In this document: in pieces, positions 29,265 through 39,202 of the stretch
Layout of the letters: every line of letters begins with the position of its first letter
Numbering within the stretch: the first letter of the stretch is position 1
NCBI GenBank assembly: GCA_944391815.1
Contig: CALXUV010000020.1
Location: 7,081-71,080, forward strand
Direction of reading: 5' to 3'
DNA from: an uncultured Clostridia bacterium
GTDB taxonomy: Bacteria > Bacillota > Clostridia > Oscillospirales > CAG-272
DNA: 64,000 nt
The notes under the pieces: model-generated
The model's database searches: none
Told to the model about the DNA's origin: nothing
What the model saw: only the letters and a program-made list of their open reading frames with translations
Made by a program: the position numbers and the translations under genes

Positions 29265-29522
29265 ATGAGACTCGACAAATATCTTAAAGTATCAAGACTT
29301 ATCAAGCGCCGCACAGTAGCCAACGACGCCTGTGACGCTCAGCACATTTCCGTAAACGGTAAAACCGCAAAAGCTTCATATGATGTAAAAATCGGCGACA
29401 TTATTGAAATTACTTTCGGACAAAGAACTCTCAAAGTCAAAGTAACTGATGTAAAAGAGCATGCATTGAAATCAGATGCCTCTTCTCTTTATGAGGTTTT
29501 AGACCAGACATCCTCAAATTAA
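29265..29522 (+). CDS. yabO: S4-domain RNA-binding protein YabO/RqcP (Hsp15-like)
   Basis: MRLDKYLKVSRLIKRRTVA; hup-yabO-yabP-yabQ synteny. Confidence 0.92.
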   Translation: MRLDKYLKVSRLIKRRTVANDACDAQHISVNGKTAKASYDVKIGDIIEITFGQRTLKVKVTDVKEHALKSDASSLYEVLDQTSSN

Positions 29523-29530
29523 ATAAGCAG

Positions 29531-29559
29531 GTATATTTCGGGCGGTTCTGTCATAATAT
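29531..29559 (+). promoter_or_regulatory. Possible sigma-E (mother-cell) promoter of yabPQ
   Basis: GTATATT-N14-CATAATAT; yabPQ is sigma-E dependent in Bacillus. Confidence 0.45.
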
Positions 29560-29600
29560 TGTTTATCTGACTGACTCTTAAAAAACGGAAGGATACAATT

Positions 29601-29891
29601 ATGGCAGAAACGGAAAAATTACTGAAATTACAGACAGACGACAGATATATTCAGCTTGTTAACAGGGAAAACTTAACGGTAACCGGAGTTTGCGATGTCA
29701 TCAGCTTCGACGAACAGTGTATCGTTCTTTCCACAAAAGACGGCATTCTTTCTGTCGACGGCAACGGAATGCACATAGTAAGCCTGTCTGTCGACGTGGG
29801 AAAAGTGGAAATCCAGGGAAAAATCTGCGGACTTATATTCCCTGAAAATTCCGGAAAACCGTCACCCTTTTTCCGAAGGAAACAAAAGTAA
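29601..29891 (+). CDS. yabP: Sporulation protein YabP
   Basis: NRENLTVTGV.DV.SFDE..I.L.T..G.L...G..M. Confidence 0.9.
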   Translation: MAETEKLLKLQTDDRYIQLVNRENLTVTGVCDVISFDEQCIVLSTKDGILSVDGNGMHIVSLSVDVGKVEIQGKICGLIFPENSGKPSPFFRRKQK

Positions 29892-30595
29892 TGCCCGGTG
29901 CTGCACAGCAAGGGCTTTTGCTTGTTGCATACTCTTTTATCGTCGGACTTTTTCTTGCAGTATCCTGCGTTTTACTCAAACTTATAACAATTTTACTTTT
30001 TCCCGGAAAAGAAAACAATCCGGCAAAAAACCTCACCTTGCTTCCCGGAACCCCAAAAGAAGTCAACCATGTTCTTTTTCCGTCTGAAAGAAAATTTTCG
30101 GCAAGAGATTTTACTCTCGTGATAACCGATCTGATTTTTGCAGTCTTTGCCGCACTGACAGTTATAATAATGCTTTATCATCTGAATTTCGGTGAAATCA
30201 GATTGTTTTCGCTTCTCTCGGCTTTGGGCGGTTTTTTGGCTGGGCATTTCCTGTTATGCAGATTTTTTCTCAAACCTTTAAGAAAATTAATCTGTTTTGT
30301 ATTTTCGGAAATTTACAGAATTATAAGAATTCTGCTGAAACCTATTATCGGAATTTTCAGGTTAACTTTAAAGCCGGTAATCTCACAAATCAGCAAAAAA
30401 ACAAAAAAGAAACGAACATTAAAAGTCCTGAATGCAATGATTGCTTCGGAACTTTCCGGATCCGGAAAAAGGAAGTATTCTCAAAATGAAAACAGTGGAC
30501 GTATCAACAATAACGGAAACAGTAAAAAAACTGCTCATAAACGCAAACATATTCCTGCCGAAAGACACGGCGTGCGCAATAAAACAAGCGTCTGA
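29891..30595 (+). CDS. yabQ: Spore cortex protein YabQ-like membrane protein (C-terminus possibly extended)
   Basis: Follows yabP with 1-nt overlap; DLIF...Y..NFGEIR motif; overlaps the next gene by 110 nt. Confidence 0.7.
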   Translation: MPGAAQQGLLLVAYSFIVGLFLAVSCVLLKLITILLFPGKENNPAKNLTLLPGTPKEVNHVLFPSERKFSARDFTLVITDLIFAVFAALTVIIMLYHLNFGEIRLFSLLSALGGFLAGHFLLCRFFLKPLRKLICFVFSEIYRIIRILLKPIIGIFRLTLKPVISQISKKTKKKRTLKVLNAMIASELSGSGKRKYSQNENSGRINNNGNSKKTAHKRKHIPAERHGVRNKTSV

Positions 30596-31331
30596 ATCTG
30601 AAAGTTGCCCCGTCGCCGCCGCTGCACTTGACACGGCTGTCAGAAATCTGAGAGCTGCCGAAAAGAATCTGATGCCGATATGCCAGGATACCGGCATGGC
30701 TGTCATCTTCTGCGATGTCGGTTCGGAAGTCAGCATCTCAAGCGGCAATTTTGAAGATGCCGTAAACCAAGGTGTAAGAGAGGCATACCGTGACGGATAT
30801 TTCAGATGCTCGGTAGTTGACGATCCGCTTTTTTCGAGGAAAAACACCACCGACAACACCCCTGCTGTCATTTACACCAGAATTGTACCGGGTGACAAAA
30901 TACATATTATTGTGGAACCCAAGGGATTCGGATCAGAAAACATGAGCGCAATTAAAATGTTCAATCCTTCGGCAACCAAAGACGATATCATCGGGTTTAT
31001 CTGTGATACCGTAAAAAACGCAAAAGGAAACCCATGTCCGCCGGTTGTTATCGGCGTCGGAATCGGAGGAACCTTTGACTATGCGGCAGTGCTCGCAAAA
31101 AAAGCCCTGACACGCAATATTTCAGAAAGAAACTCAAATCCCCTTTACGCTCAGCTTGAAAATGAAATTCTGGAAGCAGTCAACCTTACAGGCGTGGGCG
31201 CACAAGGCTTTGGCGGTGATATAACAGCTCTCGGAGTAAATATCGAATATTTTCCCACGCATATTGCAGGACTTCCCTGCGCAGTCAACATTAACTGTCA
31301 TGTTGCCAGACATGCGGAAGAAACAATTTGA
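30486..31331 (+). CDS. Class I fumarate hydratase / tartrate dehydratase alpha subunit
   Basis: PICQDTG, NTTDNTPA, KGFGSENMS, GNPCPP, GIGGTFD, HIAGLP, NCHVARH; AAAGGAAG RBS. Confidence 0.92.
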   Translation: MKTVDVSTITETVKKLLINANIFLPKDTACAIKQASESESCPVAAAALDTAVRNLRAAEKNLMPICQDTGMAVIFCDVGSEVSISSGNFEDAVNQGVREAYRDGYFRCSVVDDPLFSRKNTTDNTPAVIYTRIVPGDKIHIIVEPKGFGSENMSAIKMFNPSATKDDIIGFICDTVKNAKGNPCPPVVIGVGIGGTFDYAAVLAKKALTRNISERNSNPLYAQLENEILEAVNLTGVGAQGFGGDITALGVNIEYFPTHIAGLPCAVNINCHVARHAEETI

Positions 31332-31358
31332 ATAATATTATTATCCCGTAAAATAATC

Positions 31359-31393
31359 CGGTCTTTGCTACTTTGGCAAAGACCGCTTTTTTT
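31359..31393 (+). terminator. Intrinsic terminator after the fumarase alpha gene
   Basis: CGGTCTTTGC-N7-GCAAAGACCG-C-T7. Confidence 0.85.
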
Positions 31394-31399
31394 ATGTAC

Positions 31400-31441
31400 A
31401 AAAGTTCAAATTCATAATTTAAAAGCTCAAATTCATAATTT
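31400..31441. repeat. 21-bp direct repeat x2 upstream of the MATE promoter
   Basis: AAAAG(T/C)TCAAATTCATAATTT twice; TTGATT-N17-TATAAT at 31447-31475. Confidence 0.8.
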
Positions 31442-31518
31442 AGTTGTTGATTTTTCATTTTTTTGATGATATAATTATCTGAGTTTGAATTCACAAATTA
31501 CGGAAACGGAAGTAAATT

Positions 31519-32901
31519 ATGGACTCGGAAATACAAATAAAAGAAAACAAAATGGGAACTATGCACCTCCCGCCTCTTCTCTTTTCAATTTCAATACCGA
31601 TCGTTATATCGATGCTGGTTCAGGCGCTTTATAACATTGTAGACTCGATATATGTGGCACAGTACAATAACATTGAAGGAACAGGTGCTTTGACAATAGC
31701 TTTTCCGGTGCAGAACCTGATGATCGCTTTGTCGGTAGGTCTCGCCGTCGGAACAAACGCACTTCTTTCAAGATCACTCGGTCAGAAAAATTTCGATAAG
31801 GCGGATCTTGTCGCCGGACAGGGCTTTTTCCTTAACCTTTGCGGTTATCTTATCTTCCTTTTTCTCGGAATTTTCGTAACAAAATCTTATGTGATCTCTC
31901 AGACAGGAAGTGAAGGCTTGCTGTTTCAGTACAGCGTCGATTATATTTCGATAATCTGTATTTGTTCGATAGGAGTATTCGTTCAGGTTGTTTGCGAAAG
32001 ACTTTTGCAGGCAACGGGAAAATCAATGCTGAGCATGCTTGTTCAGGGGAGCGGTGCAATTATCAACATCGTTCTTGACCCGATTCTGATATTCGGTTGG
32101 TTCGGTCTCCCGGAAATGGGAGTTGCCGGAGCGGCAATTGCTACCGTAATCGGACAGTGTGTGGCTGCAGCGATAGGAATTTTTCTCAACGTAAAATTCA
32201 ATAAGGATATACGGATAAAGCTGAAGAACCTGATTCCCCGGAAGGATGTAATTGTAGAAATGCTCGCTATCGGAATTCCGTCGGTTCTTATGCAGGCGGT
32301 TGGTTCCATTATGACCTTCTGCATGAACATAATTCTTATTTCTTTCAGCAATGAGGCTCTCAACGTTTTCGGAGTTTATTTCAAACTTCAGAGCTTTGTG
32401 TTCATGCCGGTCTTCGGACTTAACAACGGCATTATTCCCATCATTTCCTACAACTACGGCGCCGGTTACAAAGACCGGGTAAAACACGCTGTGCGTCTCG
32501 GAATTATTACAGCCACCGCTTATATGCTGCTCGGACTGCTCGTATTCCAGCTTTTCCCCAATGTCTTGCTCGGATTTTTCAATGCTTCGGAATATATGGT
32601 TGAAATAGGCAACACCGCACTCAGAATAATCAGTACCAGCTTCATTTTTGCCGGGGTTGCAGTTATTTCTTCGGCGGTTTGTCAGGCTCTCGGCAAGAGT
32701 ATTTACAGCCTTATCGTAAGTGTCGGCAGACAGCTGGTTGTTCTGATTCCTGTGGCATTTCTCCTTTCTCTTGCCGGAAATCTTAAGCTCGTCTGGGTTG
32801 CCTTCCCGATTGCCGAGGTCGTAAGCTTTACTCTTTCAGTATTCTTCCTTGTTCGCAGTATAGAAAAAGCTTTCGGCAAACATCACCGGGAAGTGAATTG
32901 A
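31519..32901 (+). CDS. MATE family efflux transporter
   Basis: SMLVQALYNIVDSI, NIVLDPILIFG, MGVAGAAIATVIGQ, YNYGA. Confidence 0.93.
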   Translation: MDSEIQIKENKMGTMHLPPLLFSISIPIVISMLVQALYNIVDSIYVAQYNNIEGTGALTIAFPVQNLMIALSVGLAVGTNALLSRSLGQKNFDKADLVAGQGFFLNLCGYLIFLFLGIFVTKSYVISQTGSEGLLFQYSVDYISIICICSIGVFVQVVCERLLQATGKSMLSMLVQGSGAIINIVLDPILIFGWFGLPEMGVAGAAIATVIGQCVAAAIGIFLNVKFNKDIRIKLKNLIPRKDVIVEMLAIGIPSVLMQAVGSIMTFCMNIILISFSNEALNVFGVYFKLQSFVFMPVFGLNNGIIPIISYNYGAGYKDRVKHAVRLGIITATAYMLLGLLVFQLFPNVLLGFFNASEYMVEIGNTALRIISTSFIFAGVAVISSAVCQALGKSIYSLIVSVGRQLVVLIPVAFLLSLAGNLKLVWVAFPIAEVVSFTLSVFFLVRSIEKAFGKHHREVN

Positions 32902-33173
32902 TGTTCGATTCTGACTGATCTCTACGGCATCAGAATACGATACCTTTTCAGCACAGGAAAGACATTGTTTTTCAGTCACAGTACTTTTGTACACACAAAT
33001 ACCAATAATTCAAACTTTAAAGTCAGGCTTTCTGATAAAAAAAGACCGACTTGACTTAAAACTCAAAACATAGCAGTCATAATACAGAATTCAAAACCGG
33101 ATTTCTGCCTGTCGGCTACGCTTTAAAAAGGAACTGAGTCAAACTGAAATTTTTTCATTTTCTTAGTGTCAAT

Positions 33174-33218
33174 AAAAAAATCACTCGCCATCCGAAAAAG
33201 ATGAAGGGTGATTTCTTT
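33174..33218. terminator. Probable bidirectional terminator
   Basis: A7-TCACTCGCCATC...GATGAAGGGTGATTTCTTT imperfect stem between convergent genes. Confidence 0.55.
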
Positions 33219-33365
33219 ATGTTAATGGAAAACCGATGATAATTTTCAAACTTGAATCAATAGCATTTTTTCGCCGTATTTTGATCAAATGTTCATATTA
33301 AACTAAATGACTGTTGTTTTTTCTTTTTACCCATAATCGACCGAAAACGTTCGAATATTTTCAAA

Positions 33366-34424
33366 TCAATCGGAGATTTTAGTTTTAGTTTTAGTTTTTG
33401 GGTTTTTAACTGTATAAATATAATGCGGCATTGTTTTGCCGTCCCAGACTTTTACCGTTATCCCTTCACGCTTCATACCGAGTCTTTCAGCAACTTTAAG
33501 GGATGACAGATTTTCGGTGCGAATAGTTGCGATGACTTCTTTTTTCCCGAGGTAATCAAATGCGTATCTTATCATTTCCCTTGCTCCCTCGGTTGCGTAA
33601 CCGTTATGCCGGTGTTTCCTATTGAGAATATAACCTATTCCCGTTCTTTGTACACCTTCAACACACTCGTTAAGCATTCCTATCTGTCCGACGACATCAC
33701 CGCTTGCTTTGTCAGTTACCAGAAAATAATCAAAACCGTTCTCCGTATATCCGCTACGGCGTTTTTTTATCCACTGCCTAACCTGACTGTCGCTGAAAGC
33801 CGATTCCCAAGCGTACATTACCTCCGGATCCTTTAACATACGGCAAAGCTCTGCAAAATCCTTTCCGCTTATTTTTCTGAAAATCAGCCTTTCACTTTCC
33901 GTAACTACATCAGGTCTGATGTCTGCACTGTACTTAATGTCAATATTTATTATTTCAGCCCCGCTTCCGCAAAATTTTTCACCGTACATAATATTTTCCG
34001 AAATCAGGTGACTGATCTGAGGACGGTCTGAAGGATCCCGTTTTTCCGCTACATTCTCATGCCTTATGATTTGCCGGTAATTGTTCTTTATATAATTCTC
34101 AGTCATTACGATACAGTAAACTTTAAGGTGTGCAAGATAACTTCCGTCAAAATATTTTCTGAAATCTCCCGGAACATAACAACCTTCCACAATGAGATCC
34201 TGACGGTTTTCAATTGCCGTTTTAATTATTCCGACAGTAATCGGCCAAAGTATTTTTTCAATCTCATTGTCATCCTGCGGTGTTAGACCTTTGGCATTTC
34301 CGCTCCTTATCAGTCCCATTTTCAGCAAATCCTGTGAAAGCCAGCAATATTTGAAATGCCTTGCAAGTTTTTGTGCAAGAGGAGTCTTACCGGTATGAGT
34401 AGCCCCTGTGATTACAATTACCAT
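33366..34424 (-). CDS. Fusion of a P-loop kinase-like domain and a RimJ/RimL-type GNAT acetyltransferase
   Basis: N-terminal GATHTGKT, DLLKMGLIRS, IVEGCY; C-terminal SERLIFR, IGYILN..HNGYATE, ENLSSLKVAERLGM. Confidence 0.85.
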   Translation of the reverse strand: MVIVITGATHTGKTPLAQKLARHFKYCWLSQDLLKMGLIRSGNAKGLTPQDDNEIEKILWPITVGIIKTAIENRQDLIVEGCYVPGDFRKYFDGSYLAHLKVYCIVMTENYIKNNYRQIIRHENVAEKRDPSDRPQISHLISENIMYGEKFCGSGAEIINIDIKYSADIRPDVVTESERLIFRKISGKDFAELCRMLKDPEVMYAWESAFSDSQVRQWIKKRRSGYTENGFDYFLVTDKASGDVVGQIGMLNECVEGVQRTGIGYILNRKHRHNGYATEGAREMIRYAFDYLGKKEVIATIRTENLSSLKVAERLGMKREGITVKVWDGKTMPHYIYTVKNPKTKTKTKISD

Positions 34425-34830
34425 TTGTTTTCGCTCCTTTGTTTTCGCTGATTTTTACACATTTCTGTTTTATGACAATTTTGCTTAAACCCATCTGCGG
34501 GTTTCACCGATTGCATTCTTCTGTATGTTTCGCGGTCACCGACTGCCTGAAAATTTTAAACGGCACACCGGGCTTGATGCCTGCCAAAATAAGAAAATGA
34601 CGATGTTTTCTGACCTGCGCTTTTTTCCGGATTTTCCAGGCTTAGTTTTTAACATTAAATTAAAAATAAAAACAGATATCGGTCCTCCGGTTACTACCTC
34701 GCAAAATTGCGAAGCTCTGTTTTTCCGGAAGACCGATTTTCAGTGAAAATTTTACGTTTTCGCCGTTTAAGGTTACGGCGTTAAGACCGAAAAATTAAAG
34801 ATATTTGCAACTGAATTTTTCAAAAATCCG

Positions 34831-36627
34831 TCAGTTTATCGAAAATCCGAACTCCATTGATTTCTGCGGAGCTTTCACGCAAAGGTCGATGCTGTAATAT
34901 GTGAACGGTTTACCCATGTGATCCCCTACTTCATTCGGAATTACTGTTACATCGAATTTATCGGCATCGTATTTCATGCTTACTTTTCCCTTTGAAGTTT
35001 CAAGATTTATCACGCCGTCACATACCTCCGGCTTTACCCTTGTAACAAATCTTTCTGTAACGCTCTCCGGTATCTTGTCAAATTCAAACCTGTCTTTTAT
35101 ACTAATTTCCGTCTTTTCCTTATCAAACACGAATTCCCTGTAAAGCGTTTTCAGAGTTTCCTCTCTGTACGCCTTTTCATAATTCATTTTTATTCCGTTT
35201 TCATCAACGGTAACATTTTCAGCAAATGCGTCTTTGCCTGCCACCTGCGTTTTTCCGTTGATTATCGGAACGCTGTGCCCCTGAGAACCGCAGTGCGCAA
35301 AAGTATATCTCTCTTTTCCGAAATACTGACGGCTGTATTCACCGGAACCGAGATCTGTGAAAAATTCGTCGCCGTTTTTATAAACGATAAAATGTCCGAT
35401 GTCATTATGGTTATGGGGTTCGTTATTGTTTCCGCCTTTTGCCGCAAACCCGAAATTAGCCTTTCCGTTAGCTATGTACCACTGTGCGTCGGGTAACGGA
35501 TAAATATGAAGCTCATCCGATGACGCAGGGCTTTCTTTACCGCACCATACAAAGCTGCGGAGATTAAGCGCAAATCTGTGGCATCCGGTAACCTCTACCC
35601 CTTCTCCCATCTTTGCGGTAGACGGCACCACCATATCCGGATAATGACTGCTAAGCATGGTTATCAGTCCCAGACCGAGACTTCCGTAGCTTCCGCTGTC
35701 GGAAAAGCTGACCGTTCTGCTTCCGTAGAAAAAGGTTTTAAGCGGGAACATCGCTACCAGGTGTACTTTTTCATCGTCAAACAGGTTTATCTCACCGCCG
35801 GTTCTTCTGTAAAGCATATCGGCAAAACAAGAAAAATATCCGAAACCGTAATTCCAGTATCCTGTTCCTTCAAGGCATGCTCCGTCAGATGAAAATCCGT
35901 TCATAAAAGTTCTCATGGATTCCAGAAGTTTTACAGTAATATCGGCAAGCTTATCGTTGTCCTCTGACTCGCAGATTGCCGCCATTCCGACTGAGCCGCC
36001 GCAAACAGCCGCCCAGTTGTTTGTACAGCGCGCCCACCAAAAGTCAGAAACTTCGCCGTAAAGGAATCTGTCAATTATACGTTTTTTAATCTCAGCTTTC
36101 GCTCTCTTCACCACCAGAGGATTCAGTTTGTCGCCGAGAAGCTGGATTATTTCAGCCAAAGCCTGACCTGTTTCCGCAGCAAAAAGGTCGATTGTGTATC
36201 TGTCCGGCTGATAATTTACGTAAATTCCCTGATTTCCGCTCATATGCGCCGGAAGTGACCAGGTGAATTCATCGCAGATTGCCCACATTGTGTCCTCAAG
36301 CCTTGCGATATCCTCTTCATCATCTCCGAAAAGCGCAGACAGCGCCCACGTTTTCAGGTGTCCTCTGTGTATAAAGTAGCCTTTCTCGTCATACTCAAAC
36401 TCAGATCTGTCTCCGTCCTTTTCATATCTTTTGAACATGGAAAAAGGAATAGCATAAAGCGGTCTGTCCTTATAAAACTTTTTGCAGTTTTCAAGACTTT
36501 CAAATGCTCCTTTTAAAAGCGGATTACTTTTTATTTCTTCGATTCTTTCGCTTCCGAGCTTTACTGCATCATCTTTCGGATGTTTATCAAGTGCATTTTT
36601 TATTTGTTCTCTGCTGTAATCAAACAT
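34831..36627 (-). CDS. Heparinase II/III-like polysaccharide lyase
   Basis: W.LPAH, IDLFAAETG, NNWAAVC, DGACLEGTGYW.YGF, KGGNNNEPHNHNDIG; start re-assigned to MFDYS. Confidence 0.8.
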   Translation of the reverse strand: MFDYSREQIKNALDKHPKDDAVKLGSERIEEIKSNPLLKGAFESLENCKKFYKDRPLYAIPFSMFKRYEKDGDRSEFEYDEKGYFIHRGHLKTWALSALFGDDEEDIARLEDTMWAICDEFTWSLPAHMSGNQGIYVNYQPDRYTIDLFAAETGQALAEIIQLLGDKLNPLVVKRAKAEIKKRIIDRFLYGEVSDFWWARCTNNWAAVCGGSVGMAAICESEDNDKLADITVKLLESMRTFMNGFSSDGACLEGTGYWNYGFGYFSCFADMLYRRTGGEINLFDDEKVHLVAMFPLKTFFYGSRTVSFSDSGSYGSLGLGLITMLSSHYPDMVVPSTAKMGEGVEVTGCHRFALNLRSFVWCGKESPASSDELHIYPLPDAQWYIANGKANFGFAAKGGNNNEPHNHNDIGHFIVYKNGDEFFTDLGSGEYSRQYFGKERYTFAHCGSQGHSVPIINGKTQVAGKDAFAENVTVDENGIKMNYEKAYREETLKTLYREFVFDKEKTEISIKDRFEFDKIPESVTERFVTRVKPEVCDGVINLETSKGKVSMKYDADKFDVTVIPNEVGDHMGKPFTYYSIDLCVKAPQKSMEFGFSIN

Positions 36628-36745
36628 ATTTTTTCTCCGTTTCCGTTTTACTGATTTTCCATGCAAAAGTATAGCATTTTCCGCTCTGTTTTGTCAACGA
36701 CAAACTGAACAAATATTTTTTCTTTTTTTGTACAATTCAACGGTT

Positions 36746-37864
36746 TCAGGTATTTACAATGATCGGCGTCACGGTTAACTTGGGGGACTTCTTGGTGTTG
36801 AATGTAAGGGGATATACACTTTCAGGTCTGAGTGACGCTCTGTACTGTCTGGCAGCTGTCTCGTCAAGTCTGTTCACGTCCGACTGCCTTGTCAGAACAG
36901 GAATGTTTTTTTGTCGCTTCACCCGTGAAAGATATTCCAATCCTTTTTTGTTGGCGGAAAGCAGAACGGTATAACCCGGTATACTGTTTTTGTATTCATC
37001 GGTAGCTCCGAAAAGCCACGCCATTATTTCTCTGCGCAGTCTTGCCGAGGTATAAGTTTTTGTCGGAAATTTATCTGTAAGTTCTTCCAAAGAAGCTGAC
37101 TTTTCCGCAAGCTTTCTCAGTGCGTTTATTATACCGTTTCCAGGATCTGAGCCGTAACCGAGTCTGAGAGCTCCGAGTATAAGGTTTTCTATTCCGTTAA
37201 GTCCCATGCTGAACTGTATATTTCCGGTCTCATAGGGCAAAAGACGTTTTTTTGCGTTTTCATCGCACCCGTAAATCGCTTTTCTTGATTCAGTTGCCGA
37301 ATAATCCTCAACTCTGTGCACCGCAAACGGTTGCAGACGATATCCTCTGCGCATAATACTTTTAAGGTATTCGCAAGCCAGTATATCGTTGCTTTCTGCA
37401 GGTATTCTTTCACCGAATAACTGCCGGTATACCCTGTCCTGTACCTTTATAAGCGATTCGTTTCCGCTTTCTTTGCAGATTTCATTTACTTTCTGAGAAT
37501 ATTCTTTACTCAACTGATTTCCGGCTGTCTCAATAAGTTTATCCTGATCCCCGCTTTCACTGCCGAAAGCAAGTACATCAGCACCCAGCCTTTCGGCAAT
37601 TGAAGTTCCTGCCGCCGCAAACTGCTCTGCCACCGAGGAGCTGTAAGGAAACGGAAGCTCAAAAACCAAATCGTATCCGTTTAAGACGGCAATCCCGGCT
37701 CTGGTGTACTTGTCAAAAACTGAAAAATCACCGCGCTGTACGCAGTTGCCGCTCATAATCGCCATAATAACGCTTGCGGGATATTTTTTTTGTATTTCGG
37801 CGGCAAGAATTTTATGCCCGTTATGGAAAGGATTGAATTCTGTTATAACGGCGACTGAATTCAT
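36746..37864 (-). CDS. tmcAL: tRNA(Met) cytidine acetate ligase (YlbM family)
   Basis: EFNPFHNGH, MSGNCVQRG, ELPF, FGSESGD, NDILACEY, SATESR; divergent from ackA. Confidence 0.85.
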   Translation of the reverse strand: MNSVAVITEFNPFHNGHKILAAEIQKKYPASVIMAIMSGNCVQRGDFSVFDKYTRAGIAVLNGYDLVFELPFPYSSSVAEQFAAAGTSIAERLGADVLAFGSESGDQDKLIETAGNQLSKEYSQKVNEICKESGNESLIKVQDRVYRQLFGERIPAESNDILACEYLKSIMRRGYRLQPFAVHRVEDYSATESRKAIYGCDENAKKRLLPYETGNIQFSMGLNGIENLILGALRLGYGSDPGNGIINALRKLAEKSASLEELTDKFPTKTYTSARLRREIMAWLFGATDEYKNSIPGYTVLLSANKKGLEYLSRVKRQKNIPVLTRQSDVNRLDETAARQYRASLRPESVYPLTFNTKKSPKLTVTPIIVNT

Positions 37865-37985
37865 AAATTTACCTCATTAAAATTTTGAAAAAGTATTGCT
37901 TTTTTGGCTAAAGTATAATATAATATATTCATTATACATGAAAACAGACTTTTCGTCAAGTCACTCAAAAGAAAGGAAAGTAAAA

Positions 37986-39185
37986 ATGAACGTTTTAGTT
38001 GTAAATGCGGGCAGCTCTTCTCTGAAATACCAGCTTCTCGATACAGAATCGGAAAAAGTTCTCGCAAAAGGCATCTGCGAGAGAATAGGAATTGACGGCA
38101 GAATTGATCACAAGCTTCCCGACGGAAGAAGATTCAAAAAAGACATTAATATGCCGAATCACTCGGTGGCAATGCGCATACTCGTAGATACTCTCACCGA
38201 CAAAGAAACCGGTTGCATTTCCTCGATGAACGAGATTTCAGCAGTAGGTCACCGAGTAGTCCACGGAGGAGAATATTTCAGCGGAAGCGTTCTTGTTGAT
38301 GACTCGGTAATAGAAAAACTTGAAAAATGCCGCGAACTTGCTCCTCTCCACACCGAACCTGCTCTTATGGGTATAGCCGGTTGTTCGGAGGTCATGAAAG
38401 GAGTTCCGCAGGTTCTGGTTTTCGATACTGCTTTCCATCAGACAATGCCTGATTACGCATATATGTACCCGCTTCCCTACTCGATCTATCAGAAATACAA
38501 AATCCGTCGCTACGGCTTCCACGGAACTTCTCACCGTTACGTTTCCTCCGAGATGACAAAAATTCTCGGAAAAACAGAAGGTACAAAAATAATCACCTGC
38601 CATCTCGGAAACGGTTCTTCGATAACCGCTGTCAAAGACGGAAAAAGCATAGATACCTCAATGGGGTTCACTCCTCTTGACGGTCTTGAAATGGGCACAA
38701 GATGCGGCGCAATCGATCCGGCTATCGTTTGTTTCCTTATGGAAAAAGAAGGAATGAATGCCACTCAGATGAGCAACTTCCTCAACAAACAGTGCGGTCT
38801 GCTCGGTGTTTCGGAAGTTTCTTCTGACAGCCGCGATATCGAGGACGCCATCGCAAAAGGCAACGAAAAAGCCAAACTTGCCGACAAGATAATGTCCTAC
38901 CAGATTAAAAAATACATCGGTGCATATGCAGCGGCTATGGGCGGTCTTGATGCAGTTGTGTTTACCGCCGGTCTCGGAGAAAATAACCCTGCACTGCGTT
39001 CTCACGTATGCAATAACATGGAGTTTCTCGGCATAAAGCTGGATGAAGAAGTAAACAAAGCAACTCTGCGTCAGTCTGCAAATGTAAGAATAAGCACACC
39101 CGACTCAAAAGTTGCCGTTTACGTCATCCCCACAAATGAGGAACTTGTTATCGCCCGCGATACTGCCGATTTGGTTTCAAAATAA
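37986..39185 (+). CDS. ackA: Acetate kinase
   Basis: NAGSSSLK, GHRVVHGG, FDTAFHQT, YGFHGTSH, HLGNGSS, PTNEE. Confidence 0.97.
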   Translation: MNVLVVNAGSSSLKYQLLDTESEKVLAKGICERIGIDGRIDHKLPDGRRFKKDINMPNHSVAMRILVDTLTDKETGCISSMNEISAVGHRVVHGGEYFSGSVLVDDSVIEKLEKCRELAPLHTEPALMGIAGCSEVMKGVPQVLVFDTAFHQTMPDYAYMYPLPYSIYQKYKIRRYGFHGTSHRYVSSEMTKILGKTEGTKIITCHLGNGSSITAVKDGKSIDTSMGFTPLDGLEMGTRCGAIDPAIVCFLMEKEGMNATQMSNFLNKQCGLLGVSEVSSDSRDIEDAIAKGNEKAKLADKIMSYQIKKYIGAYAAAMGGLDAVVFTAGLGENNPALRSHVCNNMEFLGIKLDEEVNKATLRQSANVRISTPDSKVAVYVIPTNEELVIARDTADLVSK

Positions 39186-39202
39186 TTTTCGGGTTGATAT
39201 CT

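Noticed and set aside
36746-39185. tmcAL divergent from ackA
   Set aside because: Common arrangement in Clostridia; not novel
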